Shown here piece after piece: positions 8,724-17,904 of a stretch of 64,000 nucleotides of DNA (position 1 is the stretch's first letter; every line of letters begins with the position of its first letter). The translations under genes and the position numbers were made by a program. Source of the DNA: Bdellovibrio sp. (GTDB taxonomy: Bacteria; Bdellovibrionota; Bdellovibrionia; Bdellovibrionales; Bdellovibrionaceae); the NCBI GenBank assembly GCA_014376435.1, contig JACMRL010000022.1:44634-108633 (forward strand), in the 5' to 3' direction. The notes under the pieces were generated by a model, which did not search any database, was not told where the DNA came from, and was given only the letters and a program-made list of their open reading frames with translations.

Positions 8724-10289
8724 TTGAAAGAAAAAAATGGCTTTCTTATTCTAGATTTCGGCTCGCAAGTAACGATGCTGATCGCGCGCAGATTGCGCGA
8801 TCTTGGTTATTACTCCGAGATCAAAGCTTACAACGAGCCTTTAGATAAAATTAAAGAGTTTAATCCTGATGGCATCATCTTAAGTGGTGGACCAAATTCG
8901 GTTTACGACGAAAAAAGTCCCAACCGCGATGTAAAAAAACTTTTAGAAATCGCACCAATTTTGGGAATTTGTTACGGCATGCAATTACTGGCAAACCAAC
9001 TGGGCGGAAAAGTTGAACCAGGGGAATCTCGAGAATATGGTTTAACTGAAATTAACTGGGATGCTGAACTTCATAAGAATTTAAAATTACCATGGCCAGC
9101 GAAACATAAGATTTGGATGAGTCACGGGGACGTCGTTACAAAACCCCCGACAAATGCAAAAGAACTTCTACGAACCAGTTCGCACTTGGCGGGTTTTATC
9201 GCGGACGAAGTTCACCACAAATATATGGCGCTTCAATACCATCCGGAAGTTTCACATTCAGAACACGGGATCGAATTTTTAAAATACTTCGCTTCGTGGT
9301 GTGGCGCTAAGCCTACTTGGAAAAGCCAACACATTCTTCATGCGGCCGAAGCGATGGTTTTAAAAACGGTTGGCCCAACGGATCACGTGCTTTGTGCATT
9401 AAGCGGAGGGGTTGATTCTTCGGTGGTAGCGACCTTACTAACAAAAATTCTTGGTGCAGAGCGTGTGCACTGCGTATTCGTGAATAACGGATTACTGCGC
9501 TTAAACGAATTTGAAAGCGTGATGGCGGCATATAAAACCTATGGCCTGAACGTAATCGGCGTCGATGCGGAAGATCAGTTTTTAACGGCGTTAAAAGATA
9601 TTTCAGATCCAGAAAAAAAGCGTAAAGCGATTGGTGAATTATTTATTACCGTATTCGAACAGACTTTAAATAAAGAACTAAAGCACCTAAAAGATAAAAT
9701 TCATTTCTTAGCGCAAGGGACGTTGTACCCAGACGTGATCGAAAGCGTTTCATCACTTGGCGGAAGCGTTACGATCAAATCACACCACAACGTGGGTGGT
9801 TTGCCTGCGAAGATGAAATTGAAATTGGTTGAGCCCGTTAGAAATTTATTTAAAGACGAAGTAAGGCGCTTAGGTGAAGAGCTGGGCCTGACTCACGAAT
9901 TTATCTCTCGTCATCCATTTCCGGGGCCTGGTTTAGGGATTCGTATTATGGGTGATATTACAAAACAGAAACTAGAAGTTTTGAAAAAAGCCGATCAAAT
10001 TTTCATTCAAGCACTTCGTGATGAAGGTTTGTATCATAAGATTTGGCAGGCTTTCTGTGTTTTGCTTCCGGTGCAAACCGTTGGAGTACAAGGCGACGGA
10101 CGAACTTACGAAAATGTTTTAGCTCTTCGTGCGGTGACTTCAGTCGACGGGATGACCGCGGACTGGTTTGATTTTGATGCGGCTTTTTTGCGTAAAGTTT
10201 CGAACCAAATTACCAATCAAGTTCGCGGCGTAAATCGTATTGTTTATGATGTGACTTCGAAACCGCCGGCTACGATTGAGTGGGAATAA
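8724..10289 (+). CDS. guaA: GMP synthase (glutamine-hydrolysing)
   Basis: TTG start preceded by AGGGGA. GATase domain (GICYGMQ), ATP-PPase P-loop SGGVDSS and the conserved C-terminus KPPATIEWE. Confidence 0.95.
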   Translation: MKEKNGFLILDFGSQVTMLIARRLRDLGYYSEIKAYNEPLDKIKEFNPDGIILSGGPNSVYDEKSPNRDVKKLLEIAPILGICYGMQLLANQLGGKVEPGESREYGLTEINWDAELHKNLKLPWPAKHKIWMSHGDVVTKPPTNAKELLRTSSHLAGFIADEVHHKYMALQYHPEVSHSEHGIEFLKYFASWCGAKPTWKSQHILHAAEAMVLKTVGPTDHVLCALSGGVDSSVVATLLTKILGAERVHCVFVNNGLLRLNEFESVMAAYKTYGLNVIGVDAEDQFLTALKDISDPEKKRKAIGELFITVFEQTLNKELKHLKDKIHFLAQGTLYPDVIESVSSLGGSVTIKSHHNVGGLPAKMKLKLVEPVRNLFKDEVRRLGEELGLTHEFISRHPFPGPGLGIRIMGDITKQKLEVLKKADQIFIQALRDEGLYHKIWQAFCVLLPVQTVGVQGDGRTYENVLALRAVTSVDGMTADWFDFDAAFLRKVSNQITNQVRGVNRIVYDVTSKPPATIEWE

Positions 10290-10296
10290 TAAAAAT

Positions 10297-11139
10297 ATGA
10301 AAAAAATTATTTTTGTGATTTTTTTCCTTAAGCTCAGTTCTGCTTTGTCATATTATCAAGTCTTAGATCAGGTTGATCAGACAAATCAGTATTACATTAT
10401 TGATATGCGCGCAAGAAGTGGCAACGAAACTGAGTATTTCGAAAATTCAGTTCACTTCGAATGGCAACAGCTATCTCAATTGGGTCTACCGAGTCGCGGC
10501 TACATAAAAAGCAATGTTGATTCCTTAGTGAGTGATCTTTCGGATTTAGGAATTCATCCGGATAAAAAAATAGTGATCATCGGTCGAGGAATTCGTGGTC
10601 GAGGCGAAGAGGGACGCGTTGCATATACTTTAGTAAAAATAGGTTTTAAAGAAGTATTTATTTCAACAGGTCAATTTCTACGGGATCACGGCTTTAAATC
10701 TAAATCGAAAGCGCCGCCACATATTTTAAAATCAGCTTTATTTAAAGTTAAAATAAATAATGATTTGGCATTAAGTCGTGTTGATATGAAGTCTTTGCTA
10801 CGAGATAAACCGAAAAAAATTAGCTGTATCGATTTGCGGCCGAAGAATAATCTAGAACAAGCGTTTAATCTAAAATATTTTTGCAAAAAAATTGAATGGC
10901 GTTCATTTTTTACTCGAAACATGAAAATCGATTTGCTTATTGCTGCGGAACTGGATCGTCAGCAAATTAAAAAAGAAGACCAAATTATTTTACTTAGTGA
11001 AGCTGGCTTATCTTCCGGAGGTATAACGCTGGCCATGCGTGAACTGGGCTACCGGAAGGCCGTTAATTTTGAAGGTGGCTACTCGGACCTCAGAGCTCTG
11101 ATGTTTGATTCGAATATTTTGAGCGAACGTGCTAAATAA
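10297..11139 (+). CDS. tandem rhodanese-like domain protein, apparently lacking catalytic cysteines
   Basis: ATG at 10297 (MKKIIFVIFF, signal-like) is in frame with track ORF 10276. There are two rhodanese-homology-like halves. The active-site loop positions read IIGRGIRGRGEE and LLSEAGLSSGG, with no Cys. Confidence 0.4.
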   Translation: MKKIIFVIFFLKLSSALSYYQVLDQVDQTNQYYIIDMRARSGNETEYFENSVHFEWQQLSQLGLPSRGYIKSNVDSLVSDLSDLGIHPDKKIVIIGRGIRGRGEEGRVAYTLVKIGFKEVFISTGQFLRDHGFKSKSKAPPHILKSALFKVKINNDLALSRVDMKSLLRDKPKKISCIDLRPKNNLEQAFNLKYFCKKIEWRSFFTRNMKIDLLIAAELDRQQIKKEDQIILLSEAGLSSGGITLAMRELGYRKAVNFEGGYSDLRALMFDSNILSERAK

Positions 11140-11141
11140 AA

Positions 11142-11462
11142 TTAAGCAACTTTTTTAATTTGTACGTCAAATTTTAGTCCCGCTTGATATAACTGATCTT
11201 GCATGATGTATTTAACGGCCATTATTTCCGGAAGTTTACATTTTCTAATCATTTTAACGGCTAAATAAATACTTGGGATCTGTCTTCCTTTTTCAATATC
11301 GCATAGCATACTTTTTGGAATTCCAAGAAAGTCAGCCATATCTTTTTGAGTTTTATCCTGCATGGTGCGTGCGGATCTCAAATAACTGCCAAAAGTTAAT
11401 CTTCCATAAATTTTTTGTAGGCGCTGGCTTAAAGATTTAGTACTCATGTTTGTTAACCTCAA
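11142..11462 (-). CDS. XRE-family HTH antitoxin (HigA-like)
   Basis: HTH segment KTQKDMADFLGIPKSMLCDIEKGRQIPS. It lies immediately downstream of, and overlaps, a RelE-like ORF. An alternative start is the ATG at 11447. Confidence 0.75.
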   Translation of the reverse strand: MRLTNMSTKSLSQRLQKIYGRLTFGSYLRSARTMQDKTQKDMADFLGIPKSMLCDIEKGRQIPSIYLAVKMIRKCKLPEIMAVKYIMQDQLYQAGLKFDVQIKKVA

Positions 11463-11718
11463 TAACTCTTAGTTCAATCGTGTTTTCTAATTCAATATAT
11501 AAAGCTCTATAAGATCGATTTAGTCGTATTGATCTTTGTCCGCTGCGCTGGCCTTTTAAAGGTTCGTCATGATATCCAGGAACCATTCTTATCTTGTAAA
11601 TACCAAATTGCTCTACAATTTCAATCCAGTGTTCGAGAGCTTCAACTATGTGGACAGGGAGTCTATTAAGTTGTTTTTCAGCAAATCTTGTCATCGTTAC
11701 TTTGGATTTTAATTCCAC
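11437..11718 (-). CDS. RelE/ParE-superfamily (HigB-like) mRNA-interferase toxin
   Basis: The C-terminal pattern PLKGQRSGQRSIRLNRSYRALY...IEVNKHEY is typical of RelE/HigB toxins. The start is either GTG at 11718 or ATG at 11694. The toxin-first gene order is HigBA-like. Confidence 0.7.
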   Translation of the reverse strand: MELKSKVTMTRFAEKQLNRLPVHIVEALEHWIEIVEQFGIYKIRMVPGYHDEPLKGQRSGQRSIRLNRSYRALYIELENTIELRVIEVNKHEY

Positions 11719-11731
11719 TTCATACCGATCT

Positions 11732-11752
11732 AGTACTGTATATTACAGTACT
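11732..11752. promoter_or_regulatory. inverted-repeat operator candidate upstream of the toxin-antitoxin operon
   Basis: AGTACTGTA-TAT-TACAGTACT has perfect 9-bp arms and lies 14 nt upstream of the toxin ORF start. Confidence 0.55.
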
Positions 11753-11962
11753 TTCTAAAAGTTGTCAATTCTGGCATTTTGAAATTCTCAGATTGCAATT
11801 ATTAGGCTTTGGAGAGTTCTGAACAGTTTCAAGTGAGGGGTAAGCAGATTTGAATATCGGAACAGCAGCTAAGCTTTATCCAGCCGGCTTTTCCGGGGAT
11901 AATGCGCCGCACACAAGGACATTGATTTTGATTGGGTCTTCTCAGGGAAGTACACTACATCG

Positions 11963-14900
11963 ATGAGTTTTGTACATCTCCATAATCATTCTGAATACTC
12001 ACTACTCGAGGCGGCGGCTCGTATTAAAGGGATCGCGAAAAAAGCGGCTGAATATGAAATGCCGGCCGTAGCTTTAACGGATAACGGTAATATGTTTGGG
12101 GCGATTGAATTTTATTTCGCCGCTTTAGATAAAGGTGTGAAACCCATCATCGGGATGGACGCTTACATGGCGCCCGGATCCAGATTAGATAAAAAACAAG
12201 ATCCTAATCAAAGATTTTCTGAGAATGCTTTAGGGCCTCGTAGATTAGTACTCTTAGCGCAAAATTATCATGGTTACCAAAATCTTTGTAGATTGAGTAC
12301 GACGGGTTTCAAAGATGGCTTTTACTGGAAGCCGCGGATTGATGACGAAGTATTGAAAGAAAATAATTCTGACTTAATTTGTTTAACGGGCGGCTTTCGT
12401 GGAGAGCTAGCGGATACTTTTTTAAAAGAGGGTCCAGAAGCGGCACTGAAACGTTTACGTCAGTTAAAAGAAATTTTTAATGATCGTCTTTATTTAGAAA
12501 TGTGTCGTACTCGTCCCGAGTGGGCGCAGATTAATTCGTTTATCATCGAAGCTTCAAAAATTTTAAGTCTTCCCGTAGTTGCGACCAATGAAGTTCATTA
12601 TTTGACGGCGGATGACCAAATTGCGCAGGAAGTTTTAGTTTGTATTGGTACGAATAAAACTTTGGCCGATGATGCCCGTTATAAATTAGGAAGTTCTGAA
12701 TTTTATTTTAAATCTGCCACCCAGATGCAGAATTTATTTAAAGATGTGCCGGAAGCGATTTCAAATACTTTAGAAATTGCCGGTCGTTGTGACGTAAAAT
12801 TTAAATTAAAAGATTCTACCGGAAAAGCGATTTATCATTTACCGAGTTTTCCGACGACAGAAAATCGGACGGTATCGGAAGAGATTATTTTTAAAGCGAA
12901 CCTGGGTTTACAAAATCGTTTTCAAGATATGGTCGATCATCATATGGCCTTATCCGATGAGAAGAAAAAAGAATATCAAGATCGTTTAGATTACGAACTA
13001 GGTGTGATCGACCGTATGGGTTTTAACGGTTACTTTTTGATCGTCCAAGATTTTATTAATTGGGCTAAAGATAGTGATATTCCGGTGGGACCGGGGCGTG
13101 GATCTGGGGCTGGTTCATTGGTTGCTTACAGTTTACGAATTACTGATTTAGATCCGATTCCCTACTTTTTACTATTTGAGCGCTTCTTGAATCCTGAACG
13201 TGTGTCGATGCCCGATTTCGATATTGATTTCTGTCAAGATCGTCGTCAGGAAGTGATTCAGTACGTAACACAAAAGTACGGGGCTGAATCAGTTTCACAA
13301 ATTATCACTTACGGAAAATTACAATCTCGGGCCGCGATCAAAGATGTGGGCCGGGTACTCGCGATGTCTTTTGCCGATGTGGATGCCGTATCAAAACTAA
13401 TTCCTGATAAACTGGGTGTTACTTTAACAGAATCGTTAGAGATGGAACCGCGTATTCGCGAAATGATGGAAGCAAACCCTACCGTTGCCACATTATTGGA
13501 TCTAGCCTTAAAAGTGGAAGGCATGGTTCGTCACGCGGGAATTCATGCCGCGGGCGTTATTATTGCCGATGGAAGTTTAACGATGCACGCGCCGATGTAC
13601 CGCGGAGCTGCGGATGAAAATGTCGTGCAGTACGATATGAAGCATGCCGAGAAAATTGGTTTGATTAAATTCGACTTCTTGGGTTTAAAAACTTTAACTC
13701 ATATCAACAAAGCTTTAAAATTAGTTTTTAAAAATCGCGGGGTTAAAATATTAGAAAAAGATATTGATATCCACGATTCGAAAATCTACGAACTTTTATC
13801 TCGCGGCGATACGGCCGGAGTATTTCAGTTCGAGGGTGAAGGTATTTCCGATGCTACCCGTAAGATAAAACCCACCTCTTTCAATGATGTGACCGCGATT
13901 ACTTCGTTGTATCGTCCGGGACCGATGGCAAATATTCCTGAGTTTACAAAACGCAAACACGGGGAAAGCCCAGTCGAATATTTATTGCCCGATAGTAAAA
14001 AAATTTTAGAAGAGACTTACGGAATCATGGTTTACCAAGAACAAGTAATGGGGATTGCCGCCGTGATCGCCGGATACTCATTAGGTGAAGCCGATATGCT
14101 TCGTCGGGCGATGGGTAAAAAAATTAAAGCCGAGATGGATCAACATCGCGAGCGTTTTTTACAAGGGGCCAGCGAACGTGGGCACGATAAGAAAAAATCA
14201 GAGGAGCTATTTGAGTTGATGTTTAAATTCGCCGATTACGGATTTAATAAATCCCATGCGGCCGCGTACTCGGTTATTACCGCTCAGACGGCGTGGATTA
14301 AACATTATTACCCGGCTGAATTCTTTGCAGCACTTTTATCAACCGAGGTAGGTGATACCGATAAAGTTGTAAAATACGTTAAAGATGCGCAGAAACGCAA
14401 TTTAGTGGTTCGACCGCCGCATGTTAATTTTTCTGATTATTTATTTACGGTGAATGGCGACGAGATTTATTTTGGATTGGGCGCGATTAAAGGAGTAGGA
14501 GAGTCAGCCGTTCAAGCAATTCTTGAAGCCCGTGATAAAATGCCCGAGAAAAAATTTAATACGATTGAAGATTTTTTTAATAGCGTTGATTTACGTAAGG
14601 TAAATAAAAAAGTTTTAGAAAATTTGACAAAAGCGGGCGCTTTTGATGATTTCGGCTATCACCGTGCACAGTTATTTACGGGCTATCCGCAATTCTTAGA
14701 TCGCGCGGTAGAAACTCAAAAAGATCGTGAATCGGGTCAGGTTTCATTATTTGAGTTAAGCTCAAAAGAAGAAACAACCGTGGTATTACCTGATGCAAAA
14801 GTTTGGTCACGAATTCAATCTTTGGCATTTGAAAAAGAAGTTTTAGGTTTTTATCTAAGTGATCATCCGTTACGTGGTTTTGAAAATTTCTCGAAAGTTT

Positions 14901-15496
14901 GGGCTTCGGCCACGGTTGCAGACCTGCCAGCTTATTTCGATAAACATGCATCTGACGCCGAAAAGGCCGGAGAAAAACCAAAGTGGGGCGAGCAACGTAA
15001 TAAAACCCGCGTAATTCTTGCGGGGCTGATTACCGAGCATAAAGAGCTGATTACTAAAAAAGGCACGCGTATGGCGTTCGGTAAAGTGGAAGATCTAACG
15101 GGAAACTGCGAGCTAGTTATTTTCCCAGACACCTTTGCCAAATACGGTCATTTATTACTAGAAGAGAAACCTTTGTTAGTGGGTGGCGGTTTAGAGGTCG
15201 CAGAGGGTAATCCAAAAATTATCGTCGATAGCTTTGCGTTGTTCGATGAAGTCTTACGTAAAACAAAAAAGATATCGATGCGTTTAGATAAGATCGATAT
15301 GGATGATTTTAAAAAGTTAGATGATCTATTAGGAACGCATAAAGGCTCAACCGACGTACGTCTAGTGATGAAAGTTGATGGACTTGAAATGGAGATCTTT
15401 CCCGACGAGCCTAAACAAATACAGATCTCAGACGATTTTTTTGAAGGAATTCACCAGCTGTTTGGTCGCACAGACTTTATTGAAGTGCAAAGTTAG
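11963..15496 (+). CDS. dnaE: DNA polymerase III alpha subunit
   Basis: 1177 aa with the PHP domain start MSFVHLHNHSEYSLLEAA, palm/fingers motifs (PDFDIDF, FNKSHAAAY) and an OB-fold C-terminus. Confidence 0.95.
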   Translation: MSFVHLHNHSEYSLLEAAARIKGIAKKAAEYEMPAVALTDNGNMFGAIEFYFAALDKGVKPIIGMDAYMAPGSRLDKKQDPNQRFSENALGPRRLVLLAQNYHGYQNLCRLSTTGFKDGFYWKPRIDDEVLKENNSDLICLTGGFRGELADTFLKEGPEAALKRLRQLKEIFNDRLYLEMCRTRPEWAQINSFIIEASKILSLPVVATNEVHYLTADDQIAQEVLVCIGTNKTLADDARYKLGSSEFYFKSATQMQNLFKDVPEAISNTLEIAGRCDVKFKLKDSTGKAIYHLPSFPTTENRTVSEEIIFKANLGLQNRFQDMVDHHMALSDEKKKEYQDRLDYELGVIDRMGFNGYFLIVQDFINWAKDSDIPVGPGRGSGAGSLVAYSLRITDLDPIPYFLLFERFLNPERVSMPDFDIDFCQDRRQEVIQYVTQKYGAESVSQIITYGKLQSRAAIKDVGRVLAMSFADVDAVSKLIPDKLGVTLTESLEMEPRIREMMEANPTVATLLDLALKVEGMVRHAGIHAAGVIIADGSLTMHAPMYRGAADENVVQYDMKHAEKIGLIKFDFLGLKTLTHINKALKLVFKNRGVKILEKDIDIHDSKIYELLSRGDTAGVFQFEGEGISDATRKIKPTSFNDVTAITSLYRPGPMANIPEFTKRKHGESPVEYLLPDSKKILEETYGIMVYQEQVMGIAAVIAGYSLGEADMLRRAMGKKIKAEMDQHRERFLQGASERGHDKKKSEELFELMFKFADYGFNKSHAAAYSVITAQTAWIKHYYPAEFFAALLSTEVGDTDKVVKYVKDAQKRNLVVRPPHVNFSDYLFTVNGDEIYFGLGAIKGVGESAVQAILEARDKMPEKKFNTIEDFFNSVDLRKVNKKVLENLTKAGAFDDFGYHRAQLFTGYPQFLDRAVETQKDRESGQVSLFELSSKEETTVVLPDAKVWSRIQSLAFEKEVLGFYLSDHPLRGFENFSKVWASATVADLPAYFDKHASDAEKAGEKPKWGEQRNKTRVILAGLITEHKELITKKGTRMAFGKVEDLTGNCELVIFPDTFAKYGHLLLEEKPLLVGGGLEVAEGNPKIIVDSFALFDEVLRKTKKISMRLDKIDMDDFKKLDDLLGTHKGSTDVRLVMKVDGLEMEIFPDEPKQIQISDDFFEGIHQLFGRTDFIEVQS

Positions 15497-15530
15497 GTTA
15501 GAATGAACCAGAGCTTTAAAGGAGAACACT

Positions 15531-16523
15531 TTGAAATTATTCAGTAAATTATCTTTTAAATTAAGTTACGTAGGTTTTATTTTTGCGCTGGGTTGCCAAA
15601 CCGCCCACAAGGCACCAACGGTGGTGGCTGAAGAAGCGATTGTTACGCCGGCACTCAAAACAATTATCAAGCGCACGGTAAAAGACGTAAACTTAAAAAA
15701 GTTAAGCGATGATAAAGCACCGAAAAAACGTGTCGCCGTTTTACCATTTTTAGATAAAAATTCTGAGCGCGATACGGCAGTATTAGAGCAAGCTCGCCAA
15801 ACTTTTATGGATGATTTAAATAAAACCGAAGCAATGATCGCAATCGATACGGCTGAAATAAAAATTGATCTTAAAAAATATATTAAAAACAACACGTATA
15901 ACTTAGCTGCACTGGCTAAAGATTTGCAAAATGCGGGTGTGAGCTCGGTTTTAGAAACTAAAGTTATCGAAGTCAGATTAAAAAATGATTTTAACGATGA
16001 CGGTACAATTAAGAAAGCAAAACTTGCGGCATTTGAAGTGGTACTGCAGGCTCGCTTGATCAATATCCGTTCGGAACAAGAATTATTCAATACGGTTAAG
16101 ACGGTAACCATCGAAGAAGAAAATACGAAGCTTCCTGAAAACGTAAGCTCTAATTACTTCTTTAATAAAAATCCTGAGCTAGTGGGTTTATTAATTAAAG
16201 ACGCCGCTTTAGATTTTACTCCGCAGATCGCGGAAGCTCTTGTGCAAATCACTTGGGAAGGCCGCATCGCGGCCTTAAACGGCGAGAAAATTTACTTAAA
16301 CGTTGGAAAAATTTCAGGCGTACAAGTCGGTGATGTTTTAAAAGTAGTTGAAGACGGTAACGAAGTTTACGATCCAGAAATTGGTTACCACATCGGAAAA
16401 GTTCCGGGACGGGTGAAGGGAACTTTAGAAATTATTAGCTACTTCGGTCAAGACGGCGCCGTCAGCGTGGTTCATTCGGGGGCAGGTTTTAAAGAAAATG
16501 ACCGCGTTGAACTTTATCAATAA
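15531..16523 (+). CDS. lipoprotein, hypothetical (LpoB/FlgO-like N-terminal part, FlgT_C-like C-terminal part)
   Basis: TTG start after AAAGGAG. Lipobox FALGC. The family resemblance rests only on KKRVAVLPF and the C-terminal GxxVGDxL beta-rich segment. Confidence 0.45.
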   Translation: MKLFSKLSFKLSYVGFIFALGCQTAHKAPTVVAEEAIVTPALKTIIKRTVKDVNLKKLSDDKAPKKRVAVLPFLDKNSERDTAVLEQARQTFMDDLNKTEAMIAIDTAEIKIDLKKYIKNNTYNLAALAKDLQNAGVSSVLETKVIEVRLKNDFNDDGTIKKAKLAAFEVVLQARLINIRSEQELFNTVKTVTIEEENTKLPENVSSNYFFNKNPELVGLLIKDAALDFTPQIAEALVQITWEGRIAALNGEKIYLNVGKISGVQVGDVLKVVEDGNEVYDPEIGYHIGKVPGRVKGTLEIISYFGQDGAVSVVHSGAGFKENDRVELYQ

Positions 16524-17151
16524 AAATTCTTTTCAAATTGAATCATCCTATTTGGGTTCTTATGATTACCAAAGGGCCGAGCTTTTACAGCTCGATCTGT
16601 ATCAATTAGCTTTAAAAAAACAGTTCTCGGTCATTGGTTTAGAGCACCCGGCGGTATTAACTCTTGGGCACCGGGCCACATTACAAGATGAAGTTTTATT
16701 CGATTCTATTCCAGTAGTGCGCTCATCGCGCGGTGGACTAGCCACCATTCACTCGGAAGGTCAGTTAGTTATCTACCCTATTTTAGATTTACGTGCCCTA
16801 GGTATCGGCGTGAAAGACTATGTCAGACTTTTAATGAAGACGACTCAAGCTTTGTTAACTGAGTTAAAAATTGACTCAAGTATTGATGATCAAGTCGTTG
16901 GTTTAAATACAGTAAATGGAAAAATTGCATTTTGCGGAATTCAAATTAAAAACGGAATCTCGCAACACGGAATTAGTCTGAATGTACGAAATGATTTAAA
17001 GCTGTTTAATTCAATCCGCGCCTGCGGAATGGAGAATCTACGCCTGGATCGCTTAGCAAACTGGAGTGTCGATGCCAGTCTTTCCGAGCTGTTTACAGTT
17101 TGGAATCGAATTTTTAAAGTCCAATTAGAGCGATTGGGCGCTGCGGATTAG
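16498..17151 (+). CDS. lipB: lipoyl(octanoyl) transferase
   Basis: Motifs SRGGLATIHSEGQLVIYPIL and KIAFCGIQIKNGISQHGISLNV (catalytic Cys/Lys region). 217 aa. Confidence 0.85.
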   Translation: MTALNFINKNSFQIESSYLGSYDYQRAELLQLDLYQLALKKQFSVIGLEHPAVLTLGHRATLQDEVLFDSIPVVRSSRGGLATIHSEGQLVIYPILDLRALGIGVKDYVRLLMKTTQALLTELKIDSSIDDQVVGLNTVNGKIAFCGIQIKNGISQHGISLNVRNDLKLFNSIRACGMENLRLDRLANWSVDASLSELFTVWNRIFKVQLERLGAAD

Positions 17152-17904
17152 CTCTGTAATTAAACTTTCTTGCTGAGACTTGATCACGCCCTTCACAATA
17201 CTTTTAAAAGATAAGTCAGGACCGCGGCCATAAGCTAAATTGTAAACCACGATATCTTGACTAGGTAGCTGTTCAAAAACGGTAATCACCTCGCGAAAGT
17301 AAACTGCCGCATCGATTCCCGGCGCATTCGTTTCGTTGAAAGAATGAATTACATATTTTGAGTCATTTTTCCAGATATGTTGGGTAAAACAGTAAGAAGA
17401 TTTTCCGATGCTGAAGATGGAAGTTTCCTGGCAGACTATATTTTTATTTTCATCTGAAGTAATTTTTTTCAGACCTTGAATTGTTTTTTGTTGAAATTCG
17501 TTGCTCATAAAAACTTTAAATACCTTGTCTAAGTTAAGTTTTCCCAAGCAATTCAGCGATTCAATTCTTAGAAAGCCCTCTTCAAATTTACGAGCCATAA
17601 CGGGCGAGTTTGACAGAACACTGCTTAAGAAATCGACTTTGATTTCATTACCACAAGTGTAAGAAGTTTTCATTTCTGTGAATATTTTTTTTTGCACGTC
17701 GCCCGCAAAGTTTTGGATGTAGTCCATAGGATTATCACTTTGGTTATTTCTATCCCAAAACAAATGAATCTGTTGAGTCACGCTGGAAATTGGTTTTATT
17801 TGACTAGCCCACAAATTGTAGTCGCCACTGTCAACTTGCCAAGCATTCGCCTTCGCGTATGAAATAACAACGAGCAAAGATAAAATCAGCTTATTAATAA
17901 TCAT
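17125..17904 (-). CDS. secreted hypothetical protein
   Basis: 259 aa with a signal peptide. Its 3' end overlaps the convergent lipB 3' end by 27 nt. Confidence 0.5.
   Translation of the reverse strand: MIINKLILSLLVVISYAKANAWQVDSGDYNLWASQIKPISSVTQQIHLFWDRNNQSDNPMDYIQNFAGDVQKKIFTEMKTSYTCGNEIKVDFLSSVLSNSPVMARKFEEGFLRIESLNCLGKLNLDKVFKVFMSNEFQQKTIQGLKKITSDENKNIVCQETSIFSIGKSSYCFTQHIWKNDSKYVIHSFNETNAPGIDAAVYFREVITVFEQLPSQDIVVYNLAYGRGPDLSFKSIVKGVIKSQQESLITELIRSAQSL

Noticed and set aside
11732-11752. LexA SOS-box look-alike (TACTGTATATTACAGTA)
   Set aside because: The E. coli-type SOS box is CTGT-N8-ACAG, whereas this site is CTGT-N5-ACAG. Its position directly upstream of a TA operon fits an antitoxin operator better.
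15566-16111. 181-aa ORF antisense to the lipoprotein gene 15531..16523
   Set aside because: It lies entirely inside a better-supported gene that has an RBS, a lipobox and a coherent domain layout. The open antisense frame is an AT-rich composition artefact.
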